Assembly (NCBI GenBank): GCA_020137815.1 | Contig: CM035351.1 | Coordinates: 8,804,001 to 8,868,000 of the forward strand | Reading direction: 5' to 3' | DNA length: 64,000 bases | From: Hormiphora californensis | Lineage: Eukaryota; Animalia; Ctenophora | Shown: positions 1 through 17,309 of the stretch, one piece after another | Layout: every line of letters begins with the position of its first letter | Position numbering within the stretch: the stretch's first letter is position 1 | The notes under the pieces: model-generated | What the model was told of the DNA's origin: nothing | What the model saw: only the letters and a program-made list of their open reading frames with translations | The model's database searches: none | Translations under genes and position numbers: made by a program

Positions 1-541
1 AACCGATACGTGATACCATGCCGAATCGGGGCACTTTAAGCGGGGTGAGGAAGAATTCGAATTTCAAAATATCTTTTTCTCTGAAAATTCATGGGGAGCA
101 CCGATCAAAGCAATGACAATCATTCTGTAAAATTTTGCAAAAAAAGTTATGAAAATTGTTCAAAGGTACCTATTTCAACCACGTCCGAATCGTGTTTCTA
201 ATCAGTGCATCCTATCGCACGTCCTGTCGCTAATTAGACGGTTCGAAACGAACTGATACGTGATCCCCATGGGATCAGTTAAGTTTACCAAGCGTCAAAA
301 TTGCGATTCGATGGGCCTCATGGGGATCACATATCTGTTCGTTTCGAACCGTCTAATTACCGGCAAGACATGCAATAAGATTCACCGATTCGAAACACGA
401 TTCGGACGTGGTTAATACACCTTTGAAAAATTTTCAAAAAATTTTCAAAAAAAAATTTTCACAAAATTTTTGGGGGAAATTTATCCTGCCGTTAAATCGG
501 GGTGCCGCTAAATCGGGGGCCGTTAAATCGGGGTCCGACTG
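1..541. mobile_element. Right part of a TA-flanked MITE (CAGTCGGACCCCGATTTA TIR family) with an internal inverted repeat
   Basis: Ends ...GTTAAATCGGGGTCCGACTG then TA; same TIR as the complete copies at 7753, 37672 and 59601; internal IR ~177-413. Left end is outside the window. Confidence 0.75.
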
Positions 542-718
542 TATCTCCTCAATCTCTCTGATCTCTTTGAGCCTCCCACTCCCTCCCTCTCTTTCTATCC
601 CTCTCTTCCTCCTATCTTCCTCCTCTCTATAATCCCTCTCTCTCCATTCTCTCTCTCACTCTCACTAGCCACTATAATCTATAATCACCCTCTCCTAACC
701 CCCTCCCTCTCTCCTCAG

Positions 719-2694
719 TATCTCTGTTGCCCTCTCCATGATGACGGGTGTGGGGATCTTCATCTTCCCCAACCTAGTTCTGCAGGGTGTCAACAGTGGT
801 GGTGCATCTCTCCTTGTCTGGACTGGAGCAGGGGGTGTAGCTCTACTGGGTGGTTTAGCTTACGCAGAACTAGCTCTCACCCTCCCGGTAAGATTTAGGT
901 AGATAGGTTCCCACCTAAACCTGGGTCATGTCCCCCTCAGCCTTCATATATATGTGACCATCTTTTGACTTCACAATTAGAATTGACACCACAATGGAGG
1001 GTCGGGAACACTTGACATTTCAAATGTCGTGTGGTAAATTGGTGAAGTCATGCGAATACCTCAGAGATAAGAAATACATGTTCCCCTTGCTAGAAATGTG
1101 ATAAATAACTTAACCATGGCATAGTATAGAGTGCATATATGTATTGGCATCTTGTCAGGAATATTTATTCCACGTGGTGAGAGACTCTATATGGTCCGCG
1201 CCCAGGTTGGAGTCCATCACTTCCCCCAACGTACCCCTCTCCTACACCGCCCTCCAATCCCTCTCCTACCCCCACCACCCCTTTCCTACACCACCCTCTA
1301 ACACTCTCCTCTCCTACTACAGGGTTCAGGGGGAGAACTAGTTTATGTATTGGAGGTATTTGGGGCTGTTCCTGCTAACCTATTTGTCCTTACCAGCGCC
1401 TTTATCAAATATCCTGCCATCACTATTATCATGACAAGGTACTACCCCCAGGCCCCAATCTTAAACAATGAAACCTCTGTATACCGGAACTTTTGATAAC
1501 CTAGAGCCTCTAGATACCGGTGGAGTATCAAACATATTGTTCAAAACATCCCTTCGCACGTCATTCTAAATATTAAAACATTTGTACAGGTCAGTGTTCA
1601 CGTATAGTGCCCAATTTATAGACAGTGGAATCTCCGTATCATCCTACCCCTACCCTCAGCTCACAAGTGTTACCGGTATCGTCATTATAGGTTTGTGATA
1701 TTATATGACATATCATTTGTGTCTGTGATGGACCTTTATGCGACGAGATTTTGTTCATTGGTCTGTATTTTGTTCTTTATTTCTTTTCTCTGAATATTTC
1801 CCCTGGCCGTCATTGGTCAAAAGATTTCTCCTTGACGTGTGCAACTGAAAGCCTAGTCTAGACAGCTATCAGGGGATAGCATATACTACCACATATTTTA
1901 TTACGCTACAATATTATGTCAATATTAAAAAGTGCAGACTACAGCCGTCTTTCAAAGGGAATCTCATATCATTGGCCTCTGTCTTGTCTCCCTAAATATT
2001 TAGAGGGAGATTCATGATAGTTTTGGTCTCTCTTGCTTCCATTATATCATAGTCAGTCAGACTGAGAGTTTTTAGTGCGACACAACAGGCTCAGATTGAC
2101 AGGATATTATTTGACAGCTCTTATCTGTTTAAGATTTACAAAATATGAGTTATATGACCCCCGTATGACCGATCACCGAGATCAAGAGCCAGTTACTGAA
2201 TGAGCCCGGTGCAAATATTAACATCCCGGGCCCGGTGCCATGGTAACCAAAATAACGTCCAACCAACTCATTTCAGTTATATCGTGTGGGATTGCGGTTG
2301 TCAGTACCAAGGTGACTACCTCCCTTCTCAATGCATTCAATATCTGCAAACTGTCTGGAATTGCTGGTATCTTGGGCTTTGCAATCTACGTAGCTGCAAC
2401 CGGTATGAAATAATGTAATATTACTTGTCCATCGTGTAATGACAACTATTTCCATTACATGTGTGCCTGATTACTAGGTTGTAGCATACCAAACTATTCA
2501 ATACGTTCTCCATCCCCATCTCAGATCACGGGGCTCATGATCTGGGTGAGAGGTTCTCAATGGCGAACACCTCCCATGATGTCCCAGCTATATTAGTGGG
2601 GCTGTTTGGGGCCATTGCATCTTACGAAGGATGGAACTCTCTCAACCTTGTCGCTGGAGAGGTCCACGATCCTGCCAGGTATTATACTGCTGTG

Positions 2695-2757
<63 letters not shown>

Positions 2758-5101
2758 GTCTGTCTATCTGTCTGTCTATCCCTCTCTCTCTCTCTCTCAG
2801 GACGATGCCAGCAGCTATTATTATGGCTACCCTGCTAGCAATTGTGCTTTATGTACTATGCAATGTGGCTTACCTCACTGTTCTTCCCCTGGAGGTCATG
2901 AAACGATCCTCTGCAGTGGCCCTGGTAATTATACATGTGTTGTCACTGCTTAGCCAGCGCCATGTGGGGTCAGAGCGACAGCTATATTAGACCTTAAAAT
3001 GGATGAGGCTTGTGAGATTGTAAATTAATCCCCATATATCTCCCCCAGGATCTCGGTTATATTGCCTTTGGAAGATACGGGGAGCTCTTTCTAACTATCT
3101 GTGTGGTGGCATCCTGTCTGGCTACCATTCTAGCCATGGTCCTCTGCAACTCAAGGTGGGCCATAGCTGGGAATGGGACAGTGGGCTACAGCTGGAAGTG
3201 GGGCATCTAGATGTTGGGAGGGGGGTTGGCTATTGGGTGGAAGTCGGTCAGCTGGGACAATATTTGGGTTTTTGGTGGGTAGTATTTGGGTTTTTGAGTA
3301 CGGTGACACGATATGCGCCAGAGAAAAAGTTCAGGGAAAGAGGGAAAGGGGGTATCGTACCCTGGGTTGTACCTCAACCTACTACCAGATGATGTTTTGT
3401 CAGCCAATTACCATGTGTTACAGATTGATACAGAGTGCAGCAAGGGATGGCCAGGTACCAAGAGTACTCCGGTTCACATGGATCTCTAGACAAACACCCC
3501 TCTTTGCTATAATCCTACATGTGAGTAACGCCCCTTACAATTAGGTGATCCTAAATACAATCTGACATAATAACATTACAATACTGACACAGTTCCAGGG
3601 GTCCATCATTATATATCACATATAATCCGACCGGTCTTCCTTTGCAATGTGTTCCACAATGTGGTGGTGTGTAGTTCTCAGTATCTTAGTTTCGGAATAT
3701 ACCCATCGGATCAACACCCACCTGGGCTCGCTCCTGTAGAACCCCACACAGGGGCATACAACACGAGATGACGAAGGAGAGGAGAACACTTTCATAAATA
3801 CCAGCCTTCTTGGCTACCTCTTGTCGTATTAGAGCCCTACAGGGGTTCATGGGCGTTAGAAGACTGTAGTTATGCTCTCTTTAGTAAGCCGTAAAGATAA
3901 CATTCACACGGCATGGTCAACTCTTACCTGACACACCCATGGACGACTGGACATACAGAGAGACACCCATAAAGCACACAACTCATACCAACAGACTCAG
4001 CAACCAGTCCACTTGTTACACAAGGAAGAAAGTAGGTGAAAATACCTGAACATAGTGAGGACACATTACCACAGATTGCATTTAGGAGTTGTACTTTTAT
4101 GTAGTTCAATATGTTGCGGATGAGCTCAACTTACATGCCCCTATGTCGTCAAAACACCCCCATAGCGGTACTTTCCAAGTAGTGCCTTCCATCCAGTTTA
4201 TACTTATAGACTAAGCTAGAGATTGAGCAACTGTAGCAGCTGCAAAGAATTCAAGGGCCACTAGAAGTTCGGCCCCGGCCCCTAAATAACAGTGTTATTA
4301 GCAACTGTGTATCTTATTTCCTGTTCCACATGTGTTCTTAGATAGCTAATTCTTTAAAAACCAGTACCAAAAAAGGCACCACACAGAGAGATACATGCGG
4401 TCATTCCAAATGAAGATGGACATAGAAGCCAAGGGCTGGGGCTGTATTAATGGTGGGGTAATGTCGCCCACGACCTTATCTCATGGTACCGAGACAACGA
4501 TACTGTCAGCTACTTATCCCCCACAAAATGATACATATCCCTCCTCCCTCTCCCTACCTCTCCCCCCCCCCCTCTACTCAACAACTCTCCTGCAGGGTCT
4601 GGTGTGTTGTATATTCTCGCTGATAACAACCCTTGATGCCCTGGTAACAATGACAGTATTTGTATCCTGGTTATTCTACGCGTTCTGTTTTGTTGCTGTG
4701 GTTGTCCTGCGGATGAGGAAAAACGCCAAGAAACCATCCTTTTATGTAAGTTGACTTAATAAATTACTTGATTATAACAGGACTTATAATATTAATTTAG
4801 TTAATCTTTGTAAGACAGTTATTAATCTAAAATCAATCCCAAAGAGACCGAACTAAATCCTCCCCTTCAGGTGCCTCTAGTAGTGCCAATATTCCTGGTC
4901 CTTTTCTCCGTCCTGCTAATGATATGTCCAGTTACTACAACTATCGGCAACTATCGATCCTCATTCTACATAACCCTGATCCTCCTAGCTGTGTTAACAC
5001 CCCTATCCATCCTGTGTACTATGAAGAGATTCACCGATCTATCCGTTATTAAAGAAACAACAGGTGAGAAATCTGAAATTCTGATTCAGAATCTGAACTA
5101 G
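719..5101 (+). CDS. SLC7/LAT-type (APC superfamily) amino-acid transporter, multi-exon, 5'-partial
   Basis: GT-AG exons at ~719-887, 1323-1438, 1591-1690, 2277-2402, 2525-2678, 2801-2924, 3048-3155, 3424-3520, 4596-4745, 4871-5063 encode GVGIFIFP, LAYAELALTLP, SYEGWNSLNLVAGEVHDPARTMP, AARDGQVP and hydrophobic TM segments typical of LAT permeases. 3' end uncertain. Confidence 0.85.
2694..2798. repeat. (TCTG)n/(TC)n intronic microsatellite
   Basis: Directly visible; explains the spurious VCLS-repeat ORFs. Confidence 0.95.
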
Positions 5102-5724
5102 AACTGAGAAATCCTAGAACAACAGGGACAGCCCTGTTGTCTTAGAATCCAAGACAACCTATGACTACTGCCCCACTTGTAGTTCAAGTTGTAGTTCAAG
5201 TGTAACCTCTTCACTACGCTAACCCAAAGCATTATCTTTCAGTAAAGTTAGACCGTATTGTTGAGTCCTGGGGTGGATTTGTGTAGCAGGCATGTCTATA
5301 GGCCTACTAGACTTTGTTGGATCAGATATCCACCATGGACCAGATACTATTTGAGATACTTTGACCGCGGGGAAACTGAAGTGATCTGAGACACTGACAG
5401 AGCAGAAAGATTCAAATGCAAGAAATGGACTCATTTTAATTAATAATTAATTGTGCGATTGTGTCGATTATTTTTAGTTTCAAAGTTTGAAAACCACGTG
5501 TATTTCATGCTCAAAAAATGTCTGCCAGGCGGCGCCGACCCGATCTGAGTGGGGATCAAAACTGGATTAATTTTAAACTAAAAGTGCGCCTAGTGGTAGG
5601 ATTCGATCTCTCGCTCACATCTGGTCGGTGCCGCCAGACAATGACATACAATATAGGCCCATACCATGGAGTCCATGATAGTGATGCCAAAGTTACCCAC
5701 AAAGCCCCAGAAAGGTCAAATCAA

Positions 5725-7687
5725 GTCTGACTGTGGTCTAGAAACCCCCTACTGAACGAATCAATTTTTCGAGACGAATCCAACGCAACCGGAATTAGGC
5801 TTTCTGTCTTATCGGGAAGTTTGGGCTTGAGTCCCTTCAATTTTAGTCATTTTTCGGCGTGTGAGAGCCAATCAGAGCTCTGCAGTCGCAGAGGCCTTTA
5901 TTTCGAAATACAGGCCTCTGATTGGCTCACACACCGAAAAATGACAAAAATGAAGGGGCTCATGCCCAAACTTCCCGTTAAGGCAGAAAGCTAATTCCGG
6001 TGGGTACCGGACAGAAACTCGAACGGACGATAACTCGAACTCGAACTCGAAAATTTCGGACTATAACTCACTTTTGAAAATGTCGAATTTAGGTGAGTTA
6101 TAGTCCGGATCAGGTGACTTTCTGTCCGCCCCACTGTTTAGCACTATTTACGGTGAGTTAGAGTCCGGGCGGACACTAACTCACCTATTCGAGTTGTGGG
6201 GGCGAAGGTGAGTTTCTGTCCGCTAAAAATGTCGAAATTCGACTTTTTGTCCGCCCTCTAAACTCACAAATTCGGACTACAACTCACTTTCAGTAGACAG
6301 GGGGAACAAGAGTGACAGGGAAAGGGCGGGAAAATATGTGACTTTTTGTCCGCTTAAATAGCGAATTTCGATTTTCTGTCCGGACTAAAACTCACTTCAT
6401 GTACAGAGAGAAAACGGCGGGAAGACATGGCGGCGTCGTTGGCAGAGAGAGGGATGCAGAGTTGTAGAGAGAGCCTGACAGAGAGAGAGAGAGAGAGGGG
6501 AGAAAGGGCGGGCTAGTTCAGTTCTCGTTGTTCACTCATACATTGGTTGAGCTCTGCTTCTCTTTGTCGCTCTAGCTTCCGGGCTTAATTCCCATCATGG
6601 ATCTCATCGTTCATCACATGCAGTGGTCTATATCTCCTCTCCAATCTGTTCCAACCAGCCTAGCTGCAGGCTGCAGCTGCTCTCCTACTCAGTGACTCAC
6701 CTATCCTTCACTCGACAATCTATCACACCATTCAAAGAGAAAGAGAGAGGAAAAGAGATGGAGAGACAAAGAGAGAGAGGAAGAGAGATGGAGAGACAAA
6801 GATAGCTGTTCATCACTCGCAGTGGTTTGTCTCCTCTCCAATATGTTCCCAATCAGCCTATAGCTACCCACCTATTCTCGACAATCTATCACAGCGAGAC
6901 CTATAACTGATTGTGGATCCTTTCTCCTTATCCACACCATACCCACTATGCAACTACGACTCAAGACTTCTCTCTACAGAGCCCAGTCCGATCCTATAAT
7001 ATGACTCCATCAGATATGACTCCTCATCATCTTCTCTGTTGACGGATTTTGGATTTTCTAGGCTTCTGAAGAGCAGCATGGAGAGAGGGAAAGAGAGAGA
7101 GAGAGAGAGAGAAAGGAAGGGAGGTAGAGATAGAGAGAGGGAAAGGGAGAGATGAAGGGAGATAGAGAAAGGGATGGGAGATGGGTTTTACAGTGTATTT
7201 ATGTCAACCACACAACTTGTTTCTCTTGTAATAATGATAGCTAGCACAAAAAACTCAAAAATTTTGTTTGGAAACCTATTTCATCGGCCGGACAGAAACT
7301 CACCTGGCACCTGCCATGGAAAATGAAAATGTCACCAAAATTTTCGACATTTTCGTAGTTTTAGCAAGTGAGTTTCTGTCCACCAACTCGAAACAAAATT
7401 CGAGTTAGTGTCCGCATAACTCACCTAGGTGAGTTTAAATTTCGAGATTTTGTCCTAGCTATCGACTTTTTGTCCTAGCAAAAAGTCGAAAATAATGCGG
7501 ACAGAAAGTCACCAGAAAAAAAAAGTCGACGCCAAATTTCGGACAATAACTCACTTTCGAGTTACTGTCCGGGTGAGTTACAGTCCTAAAGCCATTCCGG
7601 TTGCGTTAGATTCGTCTCATTGAGACTCTCAAAAAGGTGATTCAGAAAAGCTCCGTTCTCCTAGGGGGTTTCAGACCACAGTCAGAC
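5725..7687. mobile_element. Non-autonomous palindromic TIR element interrupted by a nested element
   Basis: Termini GTCTGACTGTGGTCT(A)GAAACCCCCTA and its reverse complement; internal palindrome centred near 5895. Confidence 0.65.
6002..7593. mobile_element. Nested non-autonomous DNA transposon, Merlin-like (GG..CC termini, 8-bp TSD)
   Basis: ATTCCGGT duplicated at 5994-6001 and 7594-7601; imperfect ~19-bp TIR; many subterminal GGAC-x-AACTCAC motifs in both orientations. Confidence 0.65.
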
Positions 7688-7752
7688 CCAGGTCCATGCA
7701 TAGGTCCGGAGTGGTATAACAAGCTCATGAAGGGTCCAAGGTGACCCAAGTA

Positions 7753-8280
7753 CAGTCGGACCCCGATTTAACGGCACCCTCGGGGGAAAGGGTTTTGTCC
7801 GTTAAATCAGGGTGTCCGTTAAATCGGGGTAGAGCATATTTGGCCCATGAACCCTATTTTTGTCCAAAATGCTATACTAAAACATTGCCATGCTACGCAG
7901 TCTGTCTGTTCGGCACTTTAAGCGCCTCGGACCTTTGGGCTCGCGTAAGCTCTCACAGTGGTCATCCGACATAATTGCCACATCTCGACGTGAACTTCGA
8001 CGTGGAATTCGACGAGAAATAGCAGGCGTTTGTAGTTATGAACGCCTGCTGTGCGCGGCACATTGGCACGTGCGGCATGGGCAGCAGGCGTTCATAACTA
8101 CAAACGCCTGCTATTCCTCGTCGAATTCCACGTCGAAGTTCACGTCGAGAATATGGCAATTATGTCGGATGACCACTGTCACACCGGGCCTTCGGCCCGG
8201 TTTGAGAGCTGAGTCTGACAGACGAGGAACATGTCGAGCTAAATCGCCAATCGGGGTGCCGTTAAATCGGGGTCCGACTG
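7753..8280. mobile_element. TA-flanked MITE (Tc1/mariner-type), CAGTCGGACCCCGATTTA TIR
   Basis: TA|CAGTCGGACCCCGATTTAACGGCACC ... GGTGCCGTTAAATCGGGGTCCGACTG|TA. Confidence 0.85.
7956..8178. mobile_element. Near-perfect palindromic MITE nested in the previous MITE; 3-bp TSD TCA (PIF/Harbinger-like)
   Basis: ~95-bp arms starting CAGTGGTCATCCGACATAATTGCC; TCA at 7953-7955 and 8179-8181. Confidence 0.7.
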
Positions 8281-9297
8281 TAGGCGTAGCTATATTATAC
8301 TGTATGGCGGCGCCATACCCCATTTGACAGTGCGCTCAGGTGGGGTCGCGGCGTCAGACAGGCTATATATGGACTCCAAGGAAGTTCATACATGTGGACA
8401 CTGTCTGGTGGCACCGACCCGATCTGAGTGCACTGTTACCCAAATCAAACCAAAATTCAAATGGGGTCTGGCGCCGCTAATTAGTAGTAATTTGACATGT
8501 AGCTCAGCCCTTTATATTCGTGTGCCTTAATTTCAAATTTGTGAATCACTACGGACATACATAGGTCTGGGCATATATCAATATGGACTTCTCTAGAGCG
8601 TGGTAGGTTTTGGACACGGGCACGTTTTTCCTGTTGTGGTTTTTCAAGATGCAATGCAACTTCACCATGGTTGAGTAACCCGTTTACTCAACAACCCTTC
8701 CCCCTACCCGTTGTAGAGAGGCCGCCGATCCTTACCGAACAAATATTTCTAAGCGGATCTAGCCGGACGGTCAGACCCGGATACCGATAACCCTTTCCTT
8801 CCGTTTATTAGGACACGAACAAAGAGCTAAACACATCGTATAAGGGTGTCCGGAAATAGTTAGTGCACCTTCCTCTATTCGAGAAAGATGTTAAATAAAA
8901 TTAACACAATAAAATAGACAAAAACAGTTCTCTATTCTTTTCATACTTCTCGATCTTATAACCAAAAAGTAACCAATCGATCTCATCCGGTTCTAATGAG
9001 TTGACATGTGTGTTGTGCAAATACTTTAAACCGAAGGGAAGTATTGGTAATGAATATCAAACGCGATCTTGGAGAGCCATCTTGGCAGCTGGGTGGTATA
9101 AACGTAAAACAACAAAACCCCGATTTTAACTGGTGGTAAATTCCATAATATTTGGTGAAAATTATTGTCTGTCACAAATGAATGATGGTGCGGTGATCGA
9201 TATATTATGTCTCTTTCTTTATCGATTGTCTTTGAAATAAATCTTTCTCTTTCTTTCTATCTCTCTTCTGATAAAATTGTCCTCATTTGGTAGTGTG

Positions 9298-13634
<4,337 letters not shown>

Positions 13635-14057
13635 TAGGCATTAGTGGCGTGTTAGTAAAGACAAGAGAGAGAGAGGGCAGGGGAACAAACAAACAACTAA
13701 ATTTCTTTGAATTTTTTCCAAAACTAAATGTTACTCACAGGCGTTTTAATCCGCGTGTAAGACTAAAAGGGGTAGCAAAACACTGATTTGTCCTAGGACT
13801 CTAGCAATATGCCAGAGAAAATACGCAGAACAAACCGACTGCAGGGAGAGATAGAGATGGGAGTGGTAGAAAGAGAGATAGGGAGTGTTTTGAAAAAGAG
13901 AGATGGGAGTGGGAGAAGAGAAGAGAGGGGGCCTGGATCAAAGTGAAAGCAGCGTTTGTTTCCCTGCCCCTTCATTTATATTATAACAAGAACTCGATCA
14001 TATGAACTTGACATGGAGGTATGAGACAAAACGACGGAGAGAGAGAGAGAGAGAAAG

Positions 14058-14108
<51 letters not shown>

Positions 14109-14309
14109 GCGAGAGAGACGGGAAGAGAGTAGAGAAGTAAGGAAAGAGAAATAGAGATAAGAGAGAGAGCGAGAGAGCGAAAAGAAGAAAGAGAGAAGAG
14201 AGAAGAAGATATGTCAGAGAGAGAGAGAGAGTCCAGGAAGAGTACCGATCGTCTCTGAAAGGACTTCTCTTCTCTCTACGTCCCTTTTCTCCTCTCTCTT
14301 CTGCTCTCT

Positions 14310-14352
<43 letters not shown>

Positions 14353-14930
14353 CGTCTCCTCCTTCTCTTTCTTCTCTTCTCTCTCTCTCTCCCTCTCTTC
14401 CTTCCCCCTTTCCCTTTCTTCAACTTGTAAACTATCTCCTTCTATCATCTTAGCAATTTAAACAAATAAGTTTCTTCACTTTTGTAGAAATCAGGTTTGA
14501 CTCACTATACATTACTCGACTGGGTTGGACTAGAAAATCAGACAACATATTTGGCGGTCCTATTATACTAGCTGTAGACTATCGATTTACCGGGCGGAAT
14601 AGATCCCCAATTTGTATTTGTAAATTCTCAATCGATCACTCAAAGTCTCTTCATTAGATCGTAAATCTAGGAATCTAACCCAAATACTCAACTATTTCAT
14701 ACCACTTTTATGTTTTCGGATTTTTTGAAGTTGTTTCAGCTCACACCTTTTCACACTTGGCGTCGTATTTGCGCGTGACAGCCCCCACTTGCTCTTACTT
14801 TTCGGCAAAAAACCGCATATCATCAGAAAGAGCATAAATTTGTGAGTCCGTAAAACTTTGGTTTGACGAAATTGGTCAAAAAACAAAGGCGTGAGAGCCA
14901 AAAAACCGCCAAAACAAGTTTCCGACGCAC

Positions 14931-14979
14931 AAACAAGAATTATTGCATTATGTATTCATAATGCTGAGTTTCCCTGCCC
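14931..14979. mobile_element. Terminus of a DINE-1/Helentron-associated (HINE)-like repeat
   Basis: AAACAAGAATTATTGCATTATGTATTCATAATGC..GTTTCCCTGCCC (hairpin GCATTATG/CATAATGC); near-identical reverse complement at 43651-43699. Confidence 0.5.
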
Positions 14980-15405
14980 TACCGTTTCACATGTCACTGT
15001 CAGTGACACTGACACTGCCAACAGGATCAAGGCTTGGTCATAATGTAATGTGAGATGCATACGATCTAGCTGTCAGTATACTTCTCACATAGCTTAGCTA
15101 ACTCACATGACACTTGCTAACCAGCTTTTGACATTCCAACTTAACTACTTATCTAACCCTCACACTCGACTCGCAAGATGACAATGTGTATGTAACACGC
15201 GGCAGCGCATTTCATGTTTTGTTGAGTGGCGCGCGCACACACGTCCATCAAACTGTGTCAATGAGGTTTTTGATAAAGGAGCAGCTCGTCACTGTGCGTG
15301 CGGCTCTAGTTGCTACACCGTTGCCCCTCGCAACGAAAGTGTGACCAAAAAATGTCCCTCTACCGATTAGTTAGTATACCAAAATGTCGTTTTCGAATTC
15401 TAACC

Positions 15406-15695
15406 TTGCTATGCCTTTTTACAAAGTAAAAAGGCATCCGGGTGAATGCCTTCGGCATTCACCCGGGCAGGGAAATAAAAAAATTGCGCGCCACCCAGGG
15501 GGGTGACAGTTTCAAAAAATCCGACTTTAGCTAGATATTTTCAGCGCAGCAAATATAGATTTAACTAAAATTGACTGGAACTACATTATGACAAGTTGTT
15601 TTTTCAAAATCCTTGGAACAAAAATGAACAAAAATGAAACAAAATAAACTTTTGAGAGTTGATAATCGACAATTTACAACATTTCAGCATAGCAA
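15406..15695. mobile_element. Small element with short terminal IRs (TTGCTATGC/GCATAGCAA) and twin hairpins, HINE-like
   Basis: Perfect hairpins 15411-15437 (12-bp stem, AAA loop) and 15438-15466 (13-bp stem, TTC loop), followed by the GGGCAGGGAAA motif. Confidence 0.45.
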
Positions 15696-16132
15696 ACATA
15701 GACGCCTACAGTCGAGTAAAGGAAAAGATGTATACAAACTATTCAATGGTTAACATGTACTATGTACTATGAAATACATTTATGTACTACCAAACCATTC
15801 AACAGAGTTGGTATACATTCTAACCCTCCTTTACGGGCGGAGTGCACGGAAAGAGGGTAGAGCAAGGAAACATCAGAGTTTGTTGCAAACATAGGAAAGA
15901 ATGAATAGGAAAATAATTAGGAGTAGAAAATAGGGAGGAAGTTCAAAGTCAGTATTGAGTATTGAAAAAAATATCGGACACCTGCCGCACACAAATCCCA
16001 AGGTTCAAAACATAAAATATTTTGTAAATAATTTTCAAACTACTTGTGTTCTAACAGCTAACTATGTCAAGAAAGATTTTCTAAAACTACTTCATAAACA
16101 AACTGCTGAATCTCAGAAGAGAAGATAGAGAC

Positions 16133-16178
<46 letters not shown>

Positions 16179-16774
16179 CCGTCAGTCCCAATCCTTTGCA
16201 ATTCAATTATTTCTCAGATCACTGAACACAAAATCAAATTAGTTCACTAAATGAGTACGGGTAGAGATAAAACAAGCGGATATTAAGTAATGGGGCAGGA
16301 AGTGTGTGGAACTTACAACACTTATAAAGCTGCTAGGTAGCTGTACGTAATACATTTACTGAAACTAAATGTATCTTCTAGAATCACAACAATCGGAAAG
16401 TCATGGAAACAATCAATTCACTGCCAAAAACACTTATCTGCACTTCATGTAAATCAAAGTTAACGTAGTTTTCAAGTAACAGATGTACATTAATTTATAA
16501 TTAGTTAATTTATTTTCAACTTATCAACATATTCCATTTTTGAACCTAAATTATTGTATGTTTTTAACAGCAACAATTAAACAGTTAACACACACAGGAT
16601 ACAGTATCTATCATATAATCCCCCCTCTCATTTATCAATCATCACATCTCAATTCTACTCTCCACAAATCCCCATTATAGGTCAATATAAAATGACAAAC
16701 ACATGTGTGTAGGGGGTGTTTGGAGGCGGCTGGTGAGATATGGCACACACTGGCCCGCTGAGTTTCACACTCAC

Positions 16775-17060
16775 CTTGTTGGCCCGAACCCACCACTTCA
16801 CTGCTTTCTTTCATCTGCTTACTACGAGCGAGCTGGTTATTAGATTGGACAACGCGAGGGGGCGGAGCAAAATTCATGGCAACCTTATCTGCAAGAGAGC
16901 TCGATATGGAGGGTACCCCTGGTGGATACGGAATACGCGGAACAACGGGCACATGAACAACAGGCCGTGCTAGGCGGTCAAGAGGGTTACAAATGTCTGG
17001 GGGTGGCGGGCCAATTGCCCCACCACCACGGGGTTCGGATCGCACGTTTCCACTTTTCAT
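16775..17060 (-). CDS. Putative Pro-rich exon of an unknown gene
   Basis: Polypyrimidine+CAG acceptor before ATGAAAAGT; donor AAG|GTGAGT at 16775; open frame MKSGNVRSEPRGGG... Confidence 0.35.
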
Positions 17061-17309
17061 CTGGGGGAGGGGGAAACCGGGATTAGGGATGGAGTTATTA
17101 TTAGATACAGCGAGCAATTGATCAGAGAGACAGGAGGAAATACATCTTGAAATTGAAGCAAAAAAGTAATAAGTACTCACATTTGGTGATTACTTATACA
17201 GACACTAGCTAAAAAAAGGAACGGTTAGAATTGAGGCGTACATTTTTCGACTTGTCTAGTAATGTAAACAATAAAATTATATATATTTCTGTTTCATATA
17301 AAACATTGT

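Noticed and set aside
3647-4337. Possible solo LTR (TGTGG...CCACA) or insertion flanked by ATGTGTTC
   Set aside because: Termini and duplication do not coincide, and there is no second copy in the window.
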